Source of the DNA: Candidatus Latescibacterota bacterium
Lineage (GTDB): Bacteria; Latescibacterota; UBA2968; GCA-2709665
Direction: 5' to 3'
Assembly (NCBI GenBank): GCA_963667175.2
Contig: CAXXXF010000007.1
Span: forward strand, 1-64,000
DNA: 64,000 bases
Part shown: positions 59,519 through 64,000 of the stretch, one piece after another
Layout of the letters: each line of letters opens with the position of its first letter
Numbering within the stretch: position 1 is the first letter of the stretch
The notes under the pieces: model-generated
What the model saw: only the letters and a program-made list of their open reading frames with translations
Databases searched by the model: none
What the model was told of the DNA's origin: nothing
Made by a program: the position numbers and the translations under genes

Positions 59519-60422
59519 ACCTGCCTATGACCTCCGCGCACGTACTGCCGGGTTTTCAGGGTCTTCCACCCATTCCGCCGGGTTGTCAACGATATACTGA
59601 CGAATGCGATTCAGGTCCACGTCATTACGTATGACGTGTTCAAAGTAATTCCGCTGCCAGAATGGTCTGCCAACGGTGTCGCGAAAGGCGTTGATCCGTC
59701 TGGCCGAAAAGGTCTTGAAAGCCCTCACAATTTCGGGTAAACCATGTCGAGGCGCATTCTTGGATGTAGGGGCAGGTTTCAAACCTGCCCCTACCCGCGG
59801 GACGTGTACAAGTGCGTGCGCCAGGATCAGGATGGCGTGCAGGTGGTTGGGCATCAATATCCAGACGTCCATCTTCACGTGCGGATAATGGCGCGGCAAC
59901 CCTTCCCAGACAGCCTGCGTTAGTCGACCAATTTCGCTGTAGCGCATTGTGCCATTTATTACGTCACCAAACTCATACACACGATTCCGGGTGCAAATGG
60001 TGACAAAATACCCTCCAGGACGGCCGTAATCAAAACCCTTCAGGCGTATATTCCGACGACGGGACCCAGACAGATTGCCGGTGTGCATCGATGGACCAAC
60101 GATTGGGCGCTCAATACCTTTCATAGACGGTCATGCTTTCAGGTGGGTTCGCATGTCTTTCAGCGAGGAGCATTCGTGAACGCGCGGGCAGGTTTGAAAC
60201 CTGCCCCTACGAATGGGATTGAGATGCGTCTTATTACGGGGAAAATTTTATAGTTTACATCATCCTTCTCAGGTGTAGCCGGGCATTGACGTCAACCCAT
60301 TGTCGCAACCGCTAATAAAGCGCTACTTCCAGGTCCCACTCGTACGGTTCGCCGCCCTCTAATCGTGTCATCTACTTAACGCTCCCCGTAATAAGCACCT
60401 TACAGAGACTTTTACGCTAAAT
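59519..60422 (-). mobile_element. RAYT unit copy 1 (about 0.9 kb direct repeat)
   Basis: Near-identical to 62887-63792. Confidence 0.85.
59525..60124 (-). CDS. REP-associated tyrosine transposase (RAYT, Y1 HUH)
   Basis: YFVTICT, MPNHLH, WQRNYFEHVIR, YIVDNP. Confidence 0.9.
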   Translation of the reverse strand: MKGIERPIVGPSMHTGNLSGSRRRNIRLKGFDYGRPGGYFVTICTRNRVYEFGDVINGTMRYSEIGRLTQAVWEGLPRHYPHVKMDVWILMPNHLHAILILAHALVHVPRVGAGLKPAPTSKNAPRHGLPEIVRAFKTFSARRINAFRDTVGRPFWQRNYFEHVIRNDVDLNRIRQYIVDNPAEWVEDPENPAVRARRS

Positions 60423-60495
60423 AGCCTTGACGATTGGGTGCACGTCACGGAAAGATTATTAATGGAAACGAGTGAAACCAAGAGCAGCTCCAAAT

Positions 60496-61518
60496 TCAAT
60501 CAGGAAGCGGGTAATGATCGTAGCTGATAGGCAGGCCGAATTTCCCTTTCAGCTCAGACAAATACTCCTCTGCCTCATCATCCATCGGATTTGGACCGAC
60601 AACGACCAGATGTTTAACAACAGGACCACCGCCAATCCAAAACGCATATTCGAGCAATTGTCCGATGGCTTCTCGGATGCAAATACGCGGGACGTGTGAG
60701 GTCTTGATTTCGTAGAAACTGTAGGTGATGTCTTCGTATTTGACGACGACGTCGATGGGTAGACCATTACCACTGGGATTCTCTGTTCCTACGTTGTCTT
60801 TACCATATTTCGAAGCCAGCTTGCCATACAGTGCGAATTGCATGTCGTTGTGCCGCAGCCGGATGTTTGAGATGCCTGGATGTAATTTTGCGATAGTTCG
60901 GCGCGACTTTATTGTACAGCCGGGCTTGAAAGAGAATCCGACTGTCCCCCGCCGTTGACGCCTGAGAGAAGACGAACTATGGCCTTCAACATGCTCATAA
61001 AGCGGGAGAAGTTCGTCGAAGGTTTTCAGCACTCCATGTGGATTCCAATTGTCAGGAGTACTGATTCGTCCCAGAAATATGAATAGGTCAGGCTCATAGA
61101 GATTCATCCTAATTGGACCGGCTCTAAATTCCTTAGATCTCTCACCATTGGCCCAATGCCACATTTTCATCGTTGGATATTCATCTGGGTTCCACCCAAG
61201 GTAATCGTTGAATCGTTCGATCTTTGGATCCAGGAATCCATGTAGGTCATCAACAGAATAGGATGAACTCGGCTCAAAAGAAAACGCAACCCCGTATCGG
61301 ATTCGGTTATCTTCTATGCCCAAATTGAACTGAAGTTCTTTGCGTCCTCCCCAATGAAATGCATAACCGTCGCTATCCTTGGGAATTACCCAGCGCATAC
61401 CATTGCGATTGCCCGATCTTCCCCGAATTATCCAGCGAAGCTGTTGAAGGTTTCCAACCCGATAATCTTCTGCCAAGCTGTTCAGTTCGGTCACGATACT
61501 GCGTAAGTCTAATTCCAC
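60496..61518 (-). CDS. putative PD-(D/E)xK restriction-like nuclease
   Basis: H..MQ, TE, IDVV..FYEIKT..IREAIGQLLEY C-terminal motif. Confidence 0.65.
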   Translation of the reverse strand: MELDLRSIVTELNSLAEDYRVGNLQQLRWIIRGRSGNRNGMRWVIPKDSDGYAFHWGGRKELQFNLGIEDNRIRYGVAFSFEPSSSYSVDDLHGFLDPKIERFNDYLGWNPDEYPTMKMWHWANGERSKEFRAGPIRMNLYEPDLFIFLGRISTPDNWNPHGVLKTFDELLPLYEHVEGHSSSSLRRQRRGTVGFSFKPGCTIKSRRTIAKLHPGISNIRLRHNDMQFALYGKLASKYGKDNVGTENPSGNGLPIDVVVKYEDITYSFYEIKTSHVPRICIREAIGQLLEYAFWIGGGPVVKHLVVVGPNPMDDEAEEYLSELKGKFGLPISYDHYPLPD

Positions 61519-61674
61519 CTTAGTCTCCTCGAACTCTCGATCTAAGTCGACGACGTTTCTTCTTACATTAGCCGGTATACGTGATCCGCCAGTTGTATCT
61601 TGAAGTGAGATCAGTATTCGGAGCGCTGCGGTCCTGATGCAGCGCCCGCATTTCCCGACAACGCCGGCGAATTG

Positions 61675-62451
61675 TCAATCTTGTGGATCAGTGCGATCCT
61701 CGGGCGGCTTGAAAAGGGAAATCCGGTTGCCAGCGATGTCGTTGAAGATCGCGAGCGAGCCGAAGCCGCCGGGAATCTCGTTTGGTTGCATCAGGGCCGT
61801 TGCGCCAAGACTCACCGCCTTGTCAAGATATGCCTGCAAATCGTCGACCATTACAGCAACCGAAGGGGCGTTGGGCGGCATATTATCCATGTGCTGGAAC
61901 ATGCCGCCGCCGATGCCCTCCGGCTCTTGCTCCACGAGGCGGTAGTTCATCTCTTCCATGAGCGTGGTCTTCCAGCCGAACATCTCAGTGTAGAAGTCGT
62001 TAAGCGCTTCCGCGTCTTTTCCCCCGACCTCGAAATGCACAACGGGTGGGGCATTGCCCTTCGGTGGCATCTCGCCGTCCCATTCGGCGGGCAGGGAGTA
62101 CAGTCCAATGGTGTTGTGGGCGGGGTCTGTAAACATGGCAATGGAACCCATTCCGGGCGCAATCTCCATCGGCGGCATCACGGTGGCTCCACCCAATCCG
62201 GAAAGCTTGTCCAGGGCTGCCTGGAGGTCCTCAACCTGGATGTAGAACGTCACATAGTTGCTGGCAGGCATGTCCTCGGTGGTTTCCATGATACCGCCGC
62301 CGATGCCGCCTTCGTTGGTCTGCACCAGACCGTAGTTGCCCATCTCCTCGCCCTGCGTCTGCACGTTCCATCCGAAGAGATCCCGGTAGAACTGCCGCAA
62401 GGCGGGGCCATCGGGGCCTGCGATTTGAAAGTGAACGACCGGATTTCCCAT
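61675..62451 (-). CDS. tandem VOC/glyoxalase-domain protein
   Basis: Two PVVHF(Q/E)...FY..LFGW...GIGGG repeats; AGGAGG RBS. Confidence 0.88.
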   Translation of the reverse strand: MGNPVVHFQIAGPDGPALRQFYRDLFGWNVQTQGEEMGNYGLVQTNEGGIGGGIMETTEDMPASNYVTFYIQVEDLQAALDKLSGLGGATVMPPMEIAPGMGSIAMFTDPAHNTIGLYSLPAEWDGEMPPKGNAPPVVHFEVGGKDAEALNDFYTEMFGWKTTLMEEMNYRLVEQEPEGIGGGMFQHMDNMPPNAPSVAVMVDDLQAYLDKAVSLGATALMQPNEIPGGFGSLAIFNDIAGNRISLFKPPEDRTDPQD

Positions 62452-62577
62452 TGTTCCTCCTGACGGTTGTGGATGTTGTATGTTTTCATAGAGGCTCTCG
62501 ATAAGACTCTTTTAGTGCGACTTCAACGCAAAACGCGCTCATGTTTCTTTATGCTCCCGGCTATCGAAAGGCATTGA

Positions 62578-62687
62578 AGTCCCCCCTCCGCATCAGCCGT
62601 CGCCTGACGGCTCGGCTTCTGCCTGTCTGCCGTTCCAACGGGACAGGCAGGCGCAGGCAGGCGACTCCCCTCAAGGGGGGAGTGATA
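62578..62687. repeat. palindromic intergenic repeat with nested hairpin module
   Basis: cccccctccgcatcagccgtcgcctg...gactcccctcaagggggg; sibling at 63838-63982. Confidence 0.7.
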
Positions 62688-62886
62688 AAACCGTCAATCC
62701 TGCTCGCGCTTCTACCTTCACCTGTTTCGTTGCGGATGAGCCCAGCGAAGCCGCGCCAGGGCAGATAGAGTGAAACGCCACCCCCACCCTCACATCGGTC
62801 CGATGCGATTGGGGCTTCTGTCCGTGGCGATGGCGGCGGGCACGAAGCTGGCTGGCCCGGTTCCGAACCTTTCGATAGGTGTCAGA

Positions 62887-63792
62887 ACCTGCCTATGACC
62901 TCCCCGCACGTACTGCCGGGTTTTCAGGGTCTTCCATCCATTGCGCCGGGTTGTCAAAGATGTACTGACGAATGTGATTCAGGTCCACGTCATTACGTAT
63001 GACGTGTTCAAAGTAATTCCGTTGCCAGAATGGTCTGCCAACGGTGTCGCGAAAGGCGTTGATCCGTCTGGCCGAAAAGGTCTTGAAAGCCCTCACAATT
63101 TCGGGTAAACCATGTCGAGGCGCATTCTTGGATGTAGGGGCAGGTTTCAAACCTGCCCCTACCCGCGGGACGTGTACAAGTGCGTGCGCCAGGATCAGGA
63201 TGGCGTGCAGGGGGTTGGGCATCAATATCCGGAGGTCTATCTTCACGTGCGGATAATGGCGCGGCAACCCTTCCCAGACATCCTGCGTTAGTCGACCAAT
63301 TTCGCTGTAGCGCATTGTGCCATTTATTACGTCACCAAACTCACACACACGATTCCGGGTGCAAATTGTGACAAAATAGGCTCCAGGACGGCTGTAATCA
63401 AAACCCTTCAGGCGTACATTCCTACGGCGGGACGCAGACAGATTGCCGGTGTGCATCGATGGACCAACGATTGGGCGCTCAATACCTTTCATAGACGGTC
63501 ATGCTTTCAGGTGGGTTCGCATGTCTTTCAGCGAGGAGCATTCGTGAATGCGCGGGCAGGTTTGAAACCTGCCCCTACGAATTTGGGTTTGAGATGCGTC
63601 TTATTGCGGGGAGAATTTTATAGTTTACATCATCCTACTCTGGCGTAGCCGGGCATTGACGTCAACCAATTGTCGCACCCGCTAATAAAGCGCTACTTCC
63701 AGGTCCCACTCGTACGGTTCGCCGCCCTCTAATCGTGTCATCTATTTAACGCTCCCCGTAATAAGGACCTTACAGAGACTTTTACGCTAAAT
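62887..63792 (-). mobile_element. RAYT unit copy 2
   Basis: Direct repeat of 59519-60422. Confidence 0.85.
62893..63492 (-). CDS. RAYT copy 2, HUH motif mutated (probably inactive)
   Basis: MPNPLH in place of MPNHLH. Confidence 0.85.
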   Translation of the reverse strand: MKGIERPIVGPSMHTGNLSASRRRNVRLKGFDYSRPGAYFVTICTRNRVCEFGDVINGTMRYSEIGRLTQDVWEGLPRHYPHVKIDLRILMPNPLHAILILAHALVHVPRVGAGLKPAPTSKNAPRHGLPEIVRAFKTFSARRINAFRDTVGRPFWQRNYFEHVIRNDVDLNHIRQYIFDNPAQWMEDPENPAVRAGRS

Positions 63793-63837
63793 GCATTAAT
63801 GTTCATTCAATCTGCTTGCTCACAGTAGGGCGTTTAA

Positions 63838-63982
63838 ATCCCCCCTCCGCATCAGCCGTCGCCTGCCCTTCGACCCTACGACAGGCTCAGGGACCGCAAG
63901 CTCAGGGAACCGGCTTGGCTTCTGCCTGCCTGCCGCGCTCCGCTTGGCGCAGGCAGGCGACTCCCCCCTCAAGGGGGGATTG
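63838..63982. repeat. palindromic intergenic repeat with nested modules
   Basis: Same scaffold as 62578-62687 plus a cccttcgac...gctcagg insert. Confidence 0.7.
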
Positions 63983-64000
63983 ATTGAACCGTTGAGTGCG

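Noticed and set aside
1-64000. CRISPR array or cas operon
   Set aside because: No regularly spaced repeat-spacer array seen; the Cas4-like motif is a domain of a UvrD fusion

Overview
High-GC bacterial chromosome segment. Gene content (many Gfo/Idh/MocA oxidoreductases, phytanoyl-CoA dioxygenases, HEAT/NHL proteins, heparinase-like protein) resembles Latescibacterota/Gemmatimonadota/Poribacteria-like lineages; this taxonomy is inference only. Positions 1-30.2 kb are mostly housekeeping and catabolic genes: a frameshifted guaA, SBP56/methanethiol oxidase-like gene, MaoC-CitE-CoA transferase cluster, BamA-like protein and dapL. Positions 30.3-38.4 kb form a patchy accessory region with an orphan antitoxin, a tRNA-like relic, nested IS630 elements and a duplicated REP-rich leader. 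Positions 42.7-63.8 kb form a lower-GC defence island with all genes on the minus strand: DprA plus a RecQ/PRTase remnant, a DRT3 reverse transcriptase pair, a HEPN-like gene, VapC, type III-like Res/Mod, a UvrD-nuclease fusion, RadC, Pycsar, and two direct copies of a RAYT transposase unit flanking a nuclease-like gene. Two signals stand out. First, a structured ncRNA lies directly downstream of drt3b, with a 13-bp closing stem and a single-stranded ACACAC, paired with a Drt3b carrying YVDN. Second, the Res subunit ends in an antitoxin-like tail and is translationally coupled to a VapC toxin. All calls are by eye; no searches were run.
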